NCBI GenBank assembly: GCA_043228905.1
Contig: JBHGNT010000012.1
Location: 5,394,001 to 5,458,000, forward strand
Source: Azolla caroliniana
Lineage: Eukaryota; Plantae; Polypodiophyta
Reading direction: 5' to 3'
DNA length: 64,000 nt
Below, piece by piece: positions 47,481 to 60,800 of the stretch. The notes beneath the pieces were generated by a model that did not search any database, was not told the DNA's origin, and was given only the letters and a program-made list of their open reading frames with translations. The position numbers and the translations under genes were made by a program. Each line of letters opens with the position of its first letter. The first letter of the stretch is position 1.

Positions 47481-48679
47481 TGAGACCCAAATTACAACTT
47501 TTTTCACGCAATACATGATGTGAAACGGAGTAGTTGTTCTTGATGCACCACACCTCTCTTGATGAATGTCGCGTGATCAAGAGTGGAAGATGTTTGGAAT
47601 GCATAGTCGAATGTGATCAAAAGCAAATTCATTGTATCAAGTGTGCATACTATGACTCCCAAGCTTGTTTCAAGCAAAAATTGTGCACATCAACTACTCT
47701 CATCATGTGTGTCCCAATGGTTCCGTCTCTCATTGATGTGTGTGTGAGTTAAGTTGCATGGAAATAATGCTTTGGATAGCAAACAACAAGACGAACTCTA
47801 ACATATATTGAGGTGTGTGGTTTCCCAATTTAGTGAAGAACATGGTTTTGTAGTTAGGTGCAACATATTAGTACATGTCATGATACATTGGTTTTGCAAA
47901 ACATCTCATTCACATACGAATTTATCGATGCCTCATGAAGCAAGTGTGTTGCATCTCGTCTACCAAACCAATTTTCCACATATTGCATCCAATCGGAACA
48001 CAAAAAATTGCTTTTATGTGTCTTTTGGATCTTTTTGTTTGCTTCCATACAAGTCTTAAAACTCATTATGAGAGACTTTTTTGGACCTTATGCATGTATT
48101 CAATAACCTGGTATATGGCCATTATGTCAATGGAAAGTGATATTGTCTCGATAAATATGAGGGTGTATAATGTTTGTTTCTTTTTTGACATTTTCAAACT
48201 CTTTCCAGGTGGACTTGGGGATATTACCACCCCATAGAGAAGCACCAACACTTAATTTCTCCATGATTGCATGTGTTCTCAAATGCATAATATGCTCTCT
48301 TTCCCGCCATTCATTCCATCAATGATTTAAAGGAACTTCAAGGCCAAGGTATTTAAAGCTTTCCTTAGTTTCAAGTGGTTCTTTAGTGAATATAATGCAT
48401 GGTTTATCATTATTTTGGGTGAGAGAGAGAGAGAGAGCAAAAATAGTAAAGTTTAAATTTCCTAAATAAAAAAGGGAAGAGGTTCAAATCCTAATAAAAG
48501 AGGGATGACAAACTTAGTGCTTACTTTATTAGAGAAAAACTAATGTTTATTATCATGTCAATTCCGTGCATCTCACAGAAGCACTTCTATCAATCAATGG
48601 AGTTTTTCCTCCCGTCCATGGCATTTGCTTGGGGATCGGACCGGTGTATACCCTATTGGTGGCAACCAGGGCGGAGGTA

Positions 48680-50690
48680 GTTGTCAAATACCTCCAAGCC
48701 ACTAACTCAATAAAATGTGATGAATACTAAACTCTCTCATGCTCTCTCGCTTACTCTCTTAACACTTCAGAAAAAGTAGAAGGCAAGATATATGTTTTAT
48801 TCCACCACTCTATTACAAAGAGGTCTAGCACCAACAACGAGGAAAGATTAGGGTTTATTCACTAAACACTACCGTTAATCTCTCTTAAGCTCTTCATTAC
48901 AAAGGAGGTAGAAAGGAGTATTAGAGCTTTAATCACCAGGAGATTCTTAAGAATGAGAAGAAACGTAAAAGGACACCACAAGGTGGCTTTTATAGCTTTT
49001 ACATCATAAATATGGTCATTTCACACTAGGTTACCCATTGGCTTGCCTTTCCCCCTATTTGGCTAGTTCTACTCCCTTTTTGTTAGTTGGATGGCGTCCT
49101 TTGTTGGTGCACTCGTCTTCATGACTGGTGTATTGTGTGCTATACACTTAACATCCCCCCATCCTAATGAGTGAATGCACACTCCCAAGTGCACTATAGC
49201 AGGCGATTGTGGGTGTAGACAGGTGTAGAGGGTCGGATACAAGGAAGACGAAGACAACGGCTCTAAGGAGCAAGGCATGCAAGGGGGTCGAAGGTGGTAG
49301 CGAAGGCAACAGATGTTGAGGAGAGGTAAGCGGATGTCCTGCATCTGGATAGTGGTGGTGAATAATTTCTTGAATTTGTCAGAAAGCCATGTGGAGGCCA
49401 TGTGGTTGGCGAAGGGGGATGGGATGGTGGTGTCCTACCACAATTTATATAGGCCGAGAGGAATCTCGTGTCGATAATCATCTCAAAATCTTGTGTGTAC
49501 GTGGCGGGTAGGATGCTGACACGGGTCCATAGGCCAACGAGTTGGTGGTGGGTTAGGCCTTTTTTCAAGTCGAAGGCAAGTCCCTACAATGGGGGGCAAT
49601 GTCGTCGGAACTCGGGGGCTTCGAAAGGGGGGGAGGGGAGTCCAGCAGGACCATCAGAAGTTGCAAAAAGTGAATGCTCACTTGGACGTTTGGGCTAGGG
49701 ATGTCGAGCCTGTAGGTTTTGATAAATTGGTGCATGACCCGGATCATCCTAGCTTCTCTCAGGGTGGTGGTGTGGGGTCGAGGGAACATTGGCCAATTGA
49801 AGTGTAGGGTGGTGATGCATTGTCAAACCGTGAAGAAAACGGGCCAAGACAATTGCTAAAAATGGGGTTGATGCAAATCTTTGGGGTGTGCATCGCGAAC
49901 CACTATCAAAATGTGGGTTTGTCAAACCATGGCAAGTGCTAAGCAAGAGCTAAGAAGGCGATTCATTATCATTAGATTAAGAAAGATTACAAGAAAGGTT
50001 ATTACAATCTCCTTAGAGCCAAAATGTGTGTGTGAGAGAGAGAGCCTAGATGGATGTAGCATAGTTGGTAAGGTTCCCTAATGGAGACCAGGAGGTCATA
50101 GGTTCAACCGTTACATTCCACAGTGGCATCTAGTAAAAATGAGATATATATATGGAGTAATAGAAAGGTGAGAAATTGGGTTACACACCCTAGTGTAACC
50201 ACTTACCACTAGGGTAAGCTAATTACGATAAGAGAGAGAGAGAGAGAGTGTGTGTGTGTGTGTGCCCAAATGGATGTAGCTCAGTTGGTAAGCATGCCCA
50301 ATGAAGACCAAGCGGTCATGGGTTTAGCCCCTACATTCCACAATGACATTTAGTGAAATAATAGAGAGGATATCTATGGAATAATATAGAGAGGTGAGAA
50401 AACTAGGGTTTGAACCCAAGATATAGTGCTAGTAGTGTAAACAACTTACCACTAGGGTAAGCTAATTATAATTAAAGAAAGAGAGAGTGTGTGCAAATGA
50501 CTTACGACTAGGGTAAGCTAATTACGATAAAAGAGAGTGTGTGTGCAAATGACTCACCACTAGGGTAAGCTAATTATAATTAAAGAAAGAGAGAGAGAGT
50601 GCAAATGACTTACGACTAGGGTAAGCTAATTACGATAAAAGAGAGAGAGTATGTGTGCAAATTACTTACCACTAGGGTAAGCTAATTATG

Positions 50691-50727
<37 letters not shown>

Positions 50728-51119
50728 CAAACTAGGGAATGAGGATCAAATGAGGTGTGGTCCTCTTTTTATATAGGCCAAATATGGCCATTGGGACTAG
50801 CCATTGGGAGAGTCCCTTGGGATTGCTTGTTGGGGTTGGGTTGTGCCAATGCGATGGTAGTGCCCCTTTTGGGATTGGGACGGGTTCCTTTTGTTGGGTC
50901 CCAACTTAGATTGGAACTCAATGTTCTGGATAGGAGGGTCCCAACTCAAGTTGGGAGTGTGTGCCCTTGTCCAACTTTGCTTTCACGTCCTTATGACTGT
51001 CCAAATTTTTATTGGGACTCTTCGGGTCTGTCCCTAACTCTCTTTCGGACTCCTTGGGTCCCTCCCAACTAACTCACTTTGGGACCGTGTTCCTGTTGGG
51101 AATGTTTGAGTGCACCACA
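48680..51119 (-). mobile_element. LTR-like retroelement remnant(s)
   Basis: Minus strand starts TGTGGTG at 51119, with TATA CCTATATAAAA at about 50766-50777 followed by (TC)n. A second TATA-like site lies near 48990. No TSD or PBS is resolved. Confidence 0.4.
50030..50730 (+). repeat. Array of tRNA-like heads and CTTACCACTAGGGTAAGCTA hairpin units
   Basis: tRNA-like heads at 50052-50120 and 50272-50340. Hairpin units at 50202, 50445, 50501, 50553, 50609 and 50665, separated by (GA)n(GT)n. Confidence 0.8.
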
Positions 51120-51128
51120 CTCTTAATA

Positions 51129-53007
51129 GGGAAAAGTACCAGGATACCCTTGGAAGTTCTTCTATTTACCAGAATGCCCTTGGAAGTTCCAAATTTGCCA
51201 AACTACCCCTATGTCCAAAACATTACACTTTATAAAGTAATTATACACTCAAATCTACAAGCCCTATTTACCAGAATACCCTTCAAACACAATTTTCTTT
51301 ACTTTAAGGGATTCTTCCTCAGGTATTTGGGTACTTATTCCTGCAACTCATCTACTCATCATAATCATCAAACTTTCCTTCCATAATTACTTCCTCAGTA
51401 CTTCAGCCTCCACATTCTCTACACCTCTAAGGATCCATGGGAGCAATTTCTGCGCGCACAGATTCTGATTTGGGCGGGAAATTGTTATGCTTTGCAAGAT
51501 CGCCATTGGTGTACTAATCTATGCAGGTAGTTCCATGGAAGAAAAGATCGGGTCTTCTCCGAGACATCTGAACGTAGTCGCTGCCTGAATGCCGCCGAGG
51601 TCGGCTAGAGCTTCGACTACTCGCACAACCCGAGCTCATCCTCCTTGAGCTCCCATAATCTTCATAGTCAAGCTCCAGTACTGATGCTGCCTCTGCATAA
51701 TGTTCCTCGTCGTTTAGGTCAAAGCCGGTGAATTCGTCCCCAGCAGGTCGACCATGGTGATGATGATAAATGTGGTGATGGTAATGTTGTAGTTCAAGCA
51801 CCTCCTCCTCCTCCTCCTTCGCTACATTGCCATCTTCATCGTAGCTGGCTCCATGCTTGTGTTGTGGGAATTGACGTCTTCCTCACCCTGTAGATCAGGG
51901 CAACCCTAATCCATTCTGTGATCGTGGATTACAAATCGATCCTGCAGGACCTGTTCTTGGACCTTATTTGAATGGGTGACAAAATGGCGAAGCATATTTT
52001 GGAAGGCGTCAGTCGATGCCCCATTAGGAGTATCAGGCAATTTGTGAATGGGATCATGAGAGGCGGTGACGACGGGCATGGGCGAGGGAGATGCGCCTCC
52101 ACTATGCGAGCTTTGAGGCTGCACAGGTCCAACTCGTCGAAGAGCGATGCTGCGGGGAGGGATTTCCTGATCAATAATTGTAAATTCAATTTGGCGGAGA
52201 TTGGCAGGATTCTGAGTTAGGGACGACACCTTCGTAGTGGTACTGATCATTTGATCCATGGCTTCGGATTTGAAGCGAGAATCGCCGGCTGTGTCGCTAA
52301 TGCTGACAACCTTGAAGGTCCAGGGTGGCCTGATCACATCCTCATCAGTCGGAATCTGAACGATGGGGTTGGTGGGATTAAGCATAGCATTAGGCGGTGG
52401 CGGCGACGATTGGAGGAGATGAAGATGTGCAGGGTGGGCGAAAGCATGGTTCAGATGATGGTGGTGGTGGGCAGAGGAAGTGACGGGAGAAGGGCTTGAA
52501 TGGCGGCAGCTATGGAGCCATTACCAAGCGGCGGCCTTGCTCACATCACTGCTCGTGTGAGGGGGACCATTGGCAGCGGTAGAGGCGGCAGAGTTCACAC
52601 TCAAGCTTCCATTAAAGCTGCCCAGGTTGTCTATATTGTTGTTACTCACGTGGATTAAAGGCTGATTATATTTCCTGAGATCATGAGGAGAAGAGCAAGC
52701 TGAAGAGGACGCAGAGGTAGTGTTATTATGAGTATTATTAATGATGTGGAAATGGAAAGCTTCTTCCCAATCTGTGGGAGCTGCTACAGCCGTAGGAATA
52801 AGTACCCAGATACCCGAGGAAGAATCCCTTAAAGTAAAGAAAATTGTGTTTGAAGGGTATTCTGGTAAATAGGGCTTGTAGATTTGAGTGTATAATTACT
52901 TTATAAAGCGTAATTTTTTGGACATAGAGATAGCTTGGTAAATTTAGAACTTCCAAGGGCATTCTGGTAAATAGATGAACTTCCAAGGGTATCTTGGTAC
53001 TTTTCCC
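51129..53007. mobile_element. Pack-MULE (non-autonomous Mutator-like element with captured sequence)
   Basis: TIRs of about 215 bp starting GGGAAAAGTACC, perfect 9-bp TSD CTCTTAATA (51120-51128, 53008-53016), and a GC-richer gene-like interior with no transposase. Confidence 0.93.
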
Positions 53008-53206
53008 CTCTTAATATGATATATGTATTTAAACACACGGACACACGTGAATGAGAAAAGAGAGGACCTCCATTTCTCCTAACACATGAATGAGAAAAGA
53101 GAGGACCTCAATTTCTGCTCTTTTCTTAATACTTGTGGCAACGCCAAACCTCATGAAAAGGAGGCTACTGCTGCCGCCACCACCAACAGTGGCGGCCACG
53201 GCTTGG

Positions 53207-54723
53207 ATGCAGGGTGCCGCACTTGTCTCCGTGTCGATCCTCCTCCTCCTCCTCCTCCTCCTCCACGGGGGGCTCACCCCAGCATTCGCCATCAAGAGCT
53301 GCCGCTGCCTCCCGCATAGTGATTGCTGGCCTTCGCCCTACATTTGGCAGCAGCTCAACGACTCGATCGGTGGGCACCTCCTTGCGCCCACTCCCCCGGC
53401 GCTCCCATGCTACTTAGCCATCCAATCCCCTGCATGCCAGGCTACCATCCAGAACTGGACCAACGCCTTCTGGCGTGCCGACCAGCCCGGTGCAATGCAA
53501 TCCACGAACCTCGAAGCCTTCGGTACCCAATCCTGCTTCCTTCCCAACCCTAATTCCACCTCTCATGCTTCTGCCGATGCCGCCGCCAGAACCACCACTG
53601 AGAGACGATGCTGTTGCTTCCAAGGTGCGGTGCCGCCTTATGCAGTGGAGGCTCATGATGCCTCCCATGTCCAGGCGGCCATCCGTTTCGCCGCCTTCCA
53701 CAACCTCCGCCTGTCCATCAAATCCACGGGCCACGACATCATGGGCCGTAGCAGAACGCAGACCTCTTCTGGGCTCTGCGAGGCGGCGGCGGAGGGACGT
53801 ACGGTGCCGTCGTCTCCTCCACGCTCAAGACCTTCCCTGCTCTGCAAGGACTAATCGGAGTTTCCATGCGACTCTTCTCCTCATCAGCGTTCAGGTTCCA
53901 GGAGCTCCTCACAGTTTTTGTGCATCTGCAGATGCAGGCATCATCATCCATGGTAGAGGACGCCTGGGCGGGCTACTCCTACATCAGCTCTGTCAGAGGA
54001 CGAGAAGCAGAAGGATTTGCGCTGAACCTCACCTACGTGCTTCCGAATGTGTCCGCCGCCCCTGCCATCGGCCGGGCCGAAGCTTTCTTTGCGCCGCTCT
54101 ACGCTTGTGTCGGCCGATACCCGGGCGAGATTTTCCTCCTCAATTCTACGGCCCAACATTACTCCTCGTTCCAAGAGTGGCATACATCGGTCCTGTGCTC
54201 AGCATCTCACCGGAACTGCACCAACCCGGCCGGCACCAACTCCGCCATAGCCTCCAGGCTACTCCCCAAGGCGGCACTCCGCCTCCGGGCTCCCGATGTG
54301 GCGGCCGCACTCATGGAAATAGTGAATACTCCCGAGATAGACGTCATCATAGGGCATCTCGTGGGAGGCGGAGCCGTGGCACGAGTAGGGGCGGCCTTCG
54401 ATAGCATCAATCCCGCGTGGCGCACCGCCATCTGGCACGTCATCCTCGTGAGCGCGTGGCAGGACCCCAAGGCCACGGCGTCGTCTTTCAAGTTGGTCAC
54501 GCGTATGAACCACCTCTTGATCGGCCTCTCGCCTGGCTCGGGCGCCTACCTCAACGAGGCTGATCTGAACGAGCCCGACTGGCAACAATCGTTCTTTGGT
54601 TCACATTATGGCCCGCTCAAAGCCATCAAAGACCTCTACGACCCACGGGGCCTGTTCACATGTGACAACTGCGTGGGGAGTGAGGATTGGTACAGTGACG
54701 ATCTTAACTGTCGTGACCTTTAG
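53207..54723 (+). pseudogene. Secreted FAD-linked (BBE-like) oxidoreductase of fungal type, internally deleted and frameshifted
   Basis: Signal peptide, CRCLPHSDCWPS and KSTGHDIMGRS, then a different frame from 53752 reading QNADLFWALRGGGGGTYG...GAYLNEAD...YDPRGLF...CVGSEDW. No introns. The start may be upstream at 53153 or 53090. Confidence 0.85.
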
Positions 54724-56212
54724 ACTCGTCCTAATCTCGACTCACCCACGTCCCCATAACACACACATGTTCTTTTCACGATCCTTATCTATTTGTTTTA
54801 CGTTTTTAAGTCACTATCTTGCATGTTTACATTAACAAGCACACCAAGGACCACACGTATCACATCTCATCTCGAACGTAAATAAGTTGTCCAGACATCA
54901 TCTACGACATGCATCTCATCTCCTCCGGTTTATTTTACTTATTTTAAATCTCTCATCATCAATATATCTTACTTTCACGTAATGTTTCTTCTTGTCGAGA
55001 TCAATGTATGTGACTTTCAATATGCCTCTAAATTTGTTGACATGAATGAATATGACTTTCAATATGCGTGTAGACTCTCAAGATATGAGTAAATATGTTG
55101 AGAACAATAACGTATGTGGCTTTCAATATAGGTGGCAAGATATCCATGCACTCTCAACAAGAATTATAACTTTCCACTAGAATATGTCAAAGTGGGAGGA
55201 ATAGTATTGTTAGGCTACTATTTTTAGAACATAAACATGCCAAACTTGTTGTAATGTTAGTGTTCTTAGCCTACTATTTCTATAATATAAATTCCTGCAA
55301 AAATTGTAGTTTAAAGAGTAGACTTACCTTTAGTGCCATAACAATATAGCTTACTTTTGCATAATCACGCAAGTATAAATTCTTTGTCAAGATCAATAGA
55401 TGTTCCTTTCAGTGTAGCTTGCAAGGTATCAATGTATTCTCAATAAGAACAAAGACTTTGGTGTAAGATATGTAAACATGTCACTAGGCTTGCAATAAAT
55501 GGACTTATGTAGGGAATTGACTTAAAACAGATCATTCATACGAGATGTGCATGTAAAGCTAATGTTTTCCATAGTCATTAAGAGCATAGAATGCTATTAC
55601 TAAGAATTAACGTGAAAGCTATAATCAAGGTGGTTGTCCGATACAAAGAACTATATGAATGTTCATTACCAGAATACTTGAACAATAGACAATGAATAAT
55701 GTGTGACAGTTGAAGGGACATCATTTTGAAGATTTATATACCGCCTTGTGGCTCCTAAAAGATTCTCACAAACCTCTTGTGGGCCGTCATGGCTCTATCC
55801 TATATTTACATAACTAGCGTAGCCTCAAAATATACTAAAGGAACATATATTTATTGCATAGAAATCATAGATAACATTAACAATAAGAACAAGGGTTATA
55901 AGCATATGTCAAAGACTAATGTTAAATCGGAATTGTTCATCAATACTCGAACCCAAGTTTATATATTATGATTTGGATACATTCATGCTCGTCACCTTGC
56001 GAACATACATGATCACCACTTGCCGTTCATGCAAGCCTAACACTTGGGGATCTTACATTAGCTTGTGCGAAGAGAAGAAATGCAATGTCATTGATTTGAC
56101 CAAAGATTACATATGAACCAAGACATCGATAAACCAATTTGATACAAGGCATGATGGTCTTCCCATTACGTCATGAGAGCCATATGAGATGTCAAACTTG
56201 AAACTTGGGTCT

Positions 56213-57873
56213 TGTTGAGAATCAAGCTCAACATAGTGCAATGTGTGAACGCACCTTTTGAGCATTTATGATTACTCAAAAGTCAAGAGTCACACCACTA
56301 CTCTCTACACACTAACTATGTGTCATAAAATCATATTCTATGACACATAACTAATGAGTTACATATTCCCTATGACTATGAGTCTTCACATTCCCCAAGA
56401 GAGAGAGTGGTTGTTGTAGTTAGTTAATGAAGAGAGAGGGTGACTATATATAAAGCACCCTCCTCACGCTTTATACTAAGTCGGTTGTGACTCCTTGTTA
56501 TGCTACATTTTGTAAATCTCATTCTACTTGTGAAATACACCTTCTTCTTGAGTATTCTATTTTCCTCTCATTTATTTATCTTGAGTTCTCTTTTCTCTCC
56601 TCTCTTTTTCTCTCACACATATACGCACATAACGCACATCTATTCTGTTGCACAAGAATCACCATCGATTCTTTACATGGTATCAGAGCCATTTGGTAGC
56701 TCGATCTAGCTCACCACCTCATCGTGATCGTGTGTTGTGCTCTACGCCGACGTTCAAGAAGAACTGGCTCATCACTATCGTAGTACCATTACATAGCTCG
56801 TGTTCGAGAGAGAAGGAAAAGAAGAAAGGAAGCTTAATCGACAATGAATACTCAAATGGGGAGCGCTCTCCCTAGCAAGAAGTTGGACCGAAACAACTTC
56901 CCATCTTGGGAGTACAAGATGCACCAATACCTTGTCGGCCAAGGCTATTGGGGTTACATCAAGGGAGCACAAGAAAACCGACCCGACCTGAAAGATGTTG
57001 ACTATGCAACATGAGAGCAAGCGGCAAGCCGAGTATTGTATTGCTTGGCGACATGTGTTCATGACCACATGCTCGGGTACATTCGCGAAGCCGAGACGCC
57101 AAAGGAAGCGTGGGAGAATCTACGAAAGATTTTTGCCGCCAACACAACTGCGAGAAAGCTTCAACTCCACCAAGAGTTGAACAACATCCAACAAAGGGAT
57201 ATATGTCCATCATGACCTACACCTTGAAGATCAAGGAGCTTTGCGACTCGCTAGGCTCGATAAGCGTCAATGTGGACGATGATGAGATGGTGCAAATATG
57301 CCTCGACGGCCTTGCACCATGGTTTGGCGCGATGAGGACTGTCGTATTAGCACGGGAGAATCCACCCTCCTTCTTCGATCTTCAATCCATGTTGTTGGTC
57401 GAAGAAAACCATGTTCGAACAAGGAGCAACGCCCCGAAAGGCGACATGCTCTACACGCATTCAAATGGAGGAAGAGGACGCGGCCGACCAAGAGGCCGAT
57501 TCGGCCAAGTACGAGGCGGACGAGACCCGACTTACGAAAACAACTACCAATTTCAGCATCAAGATGGAATCGAGGAACCTTCGGAAGAAGGGGGAGCTTC
57601 CATTCCAGTCCGAGTCGACAAAACACAGCCGAATGCGGATATTGTGGAAAAATCGGTCACCACGAAGAAGAGTGTCGTAAGAAGATGTGCGAGTCAACTT
57701 CCACAAGCCGACAACTCACCAATTACGCCACCAACTCCGACTATGACGATCGTGGCGGAATGTTCGTGATGAGACATAGAGCAAATTCTATGTCGGCTTC
57801 TACTTCAACGAGTGCCTCCGGTCTGGAAGACATATGGTTCGTCGACTCCGATGCCTCAAACCATATGACTTCT
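56213..57873 (+). mobile_element. 5' part of a Copia related to family A (LTR 56213-56677, PBS 56678-56690, gag, PR start)
   Basis: TGTTGAG...TTTACA, then TGGTATCAGAGCC, CGYCGKIGHHEEEC and WFVDSDASNHMT. It is cut by the next LTR. Confidence 0.88.
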
Positions 57874-60800
57874 TGTTGAGCGGCAAGCTCAATTGGAGCC
57901 GGATCGGTTGGATAAGCCTGAGCCGGTGAGCGAGACGGATCGGTGAGCCGGTGAGCTGGGGAGCCGGTTAGCCGGATCCATCAGTAACCGGAAGCCTAGT
58001 AGCAGCTAGACTACTAGGGAGTTATTACTCTCGTAGTTAGTGTCAAACGCTCGAGTGAGCATTGAAGTACACTGTACTTCTGTCAGTCCGTATGGACCTA
58101 TATAAAAGTGTTCGCTGAACACATACAATGTACAGAGCGTTGATATAATTTTGGAATAGAGATTCTTGTTCTCTCTCTCTCTCTCTCTCCCGCGTACTAT
58201 TAAGCTCTCCATTAAACCTGTTCTCTGTTTTCTGTTTTTTATTGCTTCCGCACGCTATTTGTTTTTACATGGTATCAGAGCGCGAGGGTTGGGAACCTTT
58301 GCAGCCGACATTCGCTTTTGCAAGAAGAAAACCTAACCTTTGTAAAGAACAGAAGAAAAAAAAAAACAATGGATAGAGGAATGGCTAGCTCGCTTCCGGT
58401 GGAGAAGCTCGATAGATCCAACTACGCATCTTGGTCATACAAGATGCACCAGTACCTGCTTGGGCATGGTTACTAGAGCTATGTCAACGGAGCTAACGAC
58501 ACAACACCTGATGCGGCACACAAGGACTTCCCGGTGTGGGAACAATCGGCAAGCAGAGTGATGTATTGCTTTGCGTCCAGTGTCAGAGACCAGTTGCTGA
58601 GCCACGACTGAGATGTCGGGACGCCGAACGAGGCTTGGGGAATCCTGAAGAAGGTGTTCGCCGCAAGCACCATAGCCCGGAAGCTGCAACTTCGACAGAA
58701 TACGCCATCATTTTTTGACTTACAGTCGATGCTCCTTGTAGAGGAGAACCACGCCGGTGTGTCAACAAGTGCACCCACCGACAGTCGGATGTTGTACACG
58801 GAGGCGGATTGCCTCCGTGGGCGTGGTGGACGAGGCGGTTCGGCACGCAATGGAGGCGTCCGGCAAGGGCAAGACCGACGGCACACAGATTGTGCCGACA
58901 TCAGTTCCGGGACTTCCATAAGCAGGGGGAGTCAAGGTGGCGCTGGAGGCCGGCAAGACAAATCCTCCAAGGAATGTTGGTATTGTGGCAAAAAGGGCCA
59001 TAGAGAAAGCGAGTGCTGGAAGAAGCGCACCGATTCGGACAGATCTGGATCCGGCAAAACCGGTCGGGAGAACCGGCAAAGCTCGCACTACGCACAAGGA
59101 TCGAGAGGATCCGGAACCGGGAAGACCAGTAAGGGGCCAACCTTGGTGATGAAGCACGAGGCAAACTCGATGAAGAAAACCACTTCCAAATCGGAGGAAG
59201 TGTGGTACGTTGATTCCAGTGCATCAAATCACATGACGAGCCACAAAGAGTGGTTCTCCTTCTTGGAGAAACTGGAAAACTAGGAGTTGTCGAAACAGGA
59301 GACGACACTCCTCACCCAATCGTGCATGTCGACGAAGTTCCCCTGAGCCACGTCGGACAGAGGGGGAAGCTATTGAACGTATTACATGTTCTGACTATCA
59401 CGAAGAACCTGGTGTCGGTTGGACAGATCATCGACCAGGGAATGCAGGTGCGGTTTACGCACCTCCGGTGCTTCATCGAGGAGGAGGGCCAGATTATCGC
59501 GCAAGGGCGCAGAGATGGGAGGATGTTCATCCTCGACACCAATGATGTCGGCACCACCTTGTTCGCCAAAGGACAAAAGGTCGAATCGGACATCGACCTG
59601 TGGCACAAGCGGATCGACCACGTCAATTACCGAAGGCTTCAAGACTTGCAAACGAAACAAGTTGTTTTCGGTTTGTCGAAGTTTAGTGGCCGAAAGGCCC
59701 AAGTATGTGAAGCCTGCCAACTAGGGAAGCAACACCGGCTTCCATTCCCCGCCGAACAAAACCGTAGCCGTAACAAGCTCGACCTTATTCATTCGGATGT
59801 ATGGGGACCGACACAGAACGTGAGTCTTGGTGGGAGTCGATACTTCATCTCCTTCATCGACGACTATAGCCGGCACACATGGATCTACCTCATTGAGCGG
59901 AAGGGCGAAGTCTTCGACTGTTTCCGGAACCTCCAGAGCATGGTGGAACGGGAATTGGAGAGGAAGATCAAGTGCATGCGGTCAGATGGCGGAAAAGAAT
60001 ATTTTTCCGGCCAATTCAACAGTTATTTGCAGCAAACAGGAATTCAGAGAGAGTTCAGCTGCAGATACACACCGGAGCAAAACAGTGTGGCCGAAAGGAA
60101 GAACCAGTCGCTTGTCGACACGACAAGGGCAATGCTGGAAGAGAAGAGCAAGCCCCATTTCTATTGGGCGAAGGCGGTCCCGACGGTCGTCTACATCCAA
60201 AACCGAATCGGTGACAAGGTGTCCGCGCATGAGCTGTATTTCGGGCGCAAGCCGAATTTGAGACACCTTCGAATTTTTGGCAGCATAGCATATGTGCATG
60301 TGCCGGATGAGAAGCGGAGGAAGCTGGATGCAAAATCGGAGAAGTGCATCCTCGTCGGCTACTCACATGAGCAAAAGGGGTATAAGTGTTATAACCCCCA
60401 GACGAAGCAAGTCCGAGTTAGCCGCGATGTTGAGTTTGATGAGATGGCATCATGGTATGCCTTACCAGCTCCGACTTCTGACCCCGACCCGATACCGGAG
60501 GATGAGGCTAGTGAGCCTGAACCGGTCCAGTTAGAAGCTGATGAATCCGAGACTGAAGAAGAGAGGCCGGAATCATTTCGGTTGAGTGGGCTGAACGAGA
60601 GACTGGGTCAAACCGACCAATCAGAAGAAGAACCAGTGAGTAGTGAAGATTAGATAAAAGACGAATAGGAACCCACTGTCTATTCTACGGCAAGCAGTGC
60701 GTGGACTCTACCGTGCTCTCCCCGCACACGGAACCAAGGAGACGGTTCACGCGCAAAGAGAAGGGGAAGAAGAAGATGCCGGATTATGGAACCGGTATTG

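Noticed and set aside
50052-50340. Functional tRNA genes (also at 10497-10572 and 22718-22941)
   Set aside because: The anticodon and T arms do not pair properly, so they are treated as tRNA-derived modules only.
50445-50700. Palindromic repeats at about 56-bp period resembling a CRISPR array
   Set aside because: The linkers are (GA)n(GT)n variants of one another rather than unique spacers.
53475-54404. 309-aa overlapping ORF
   Set aside because: It is a shadow frame of the GC-rich oxidase with P/R-rich composition.
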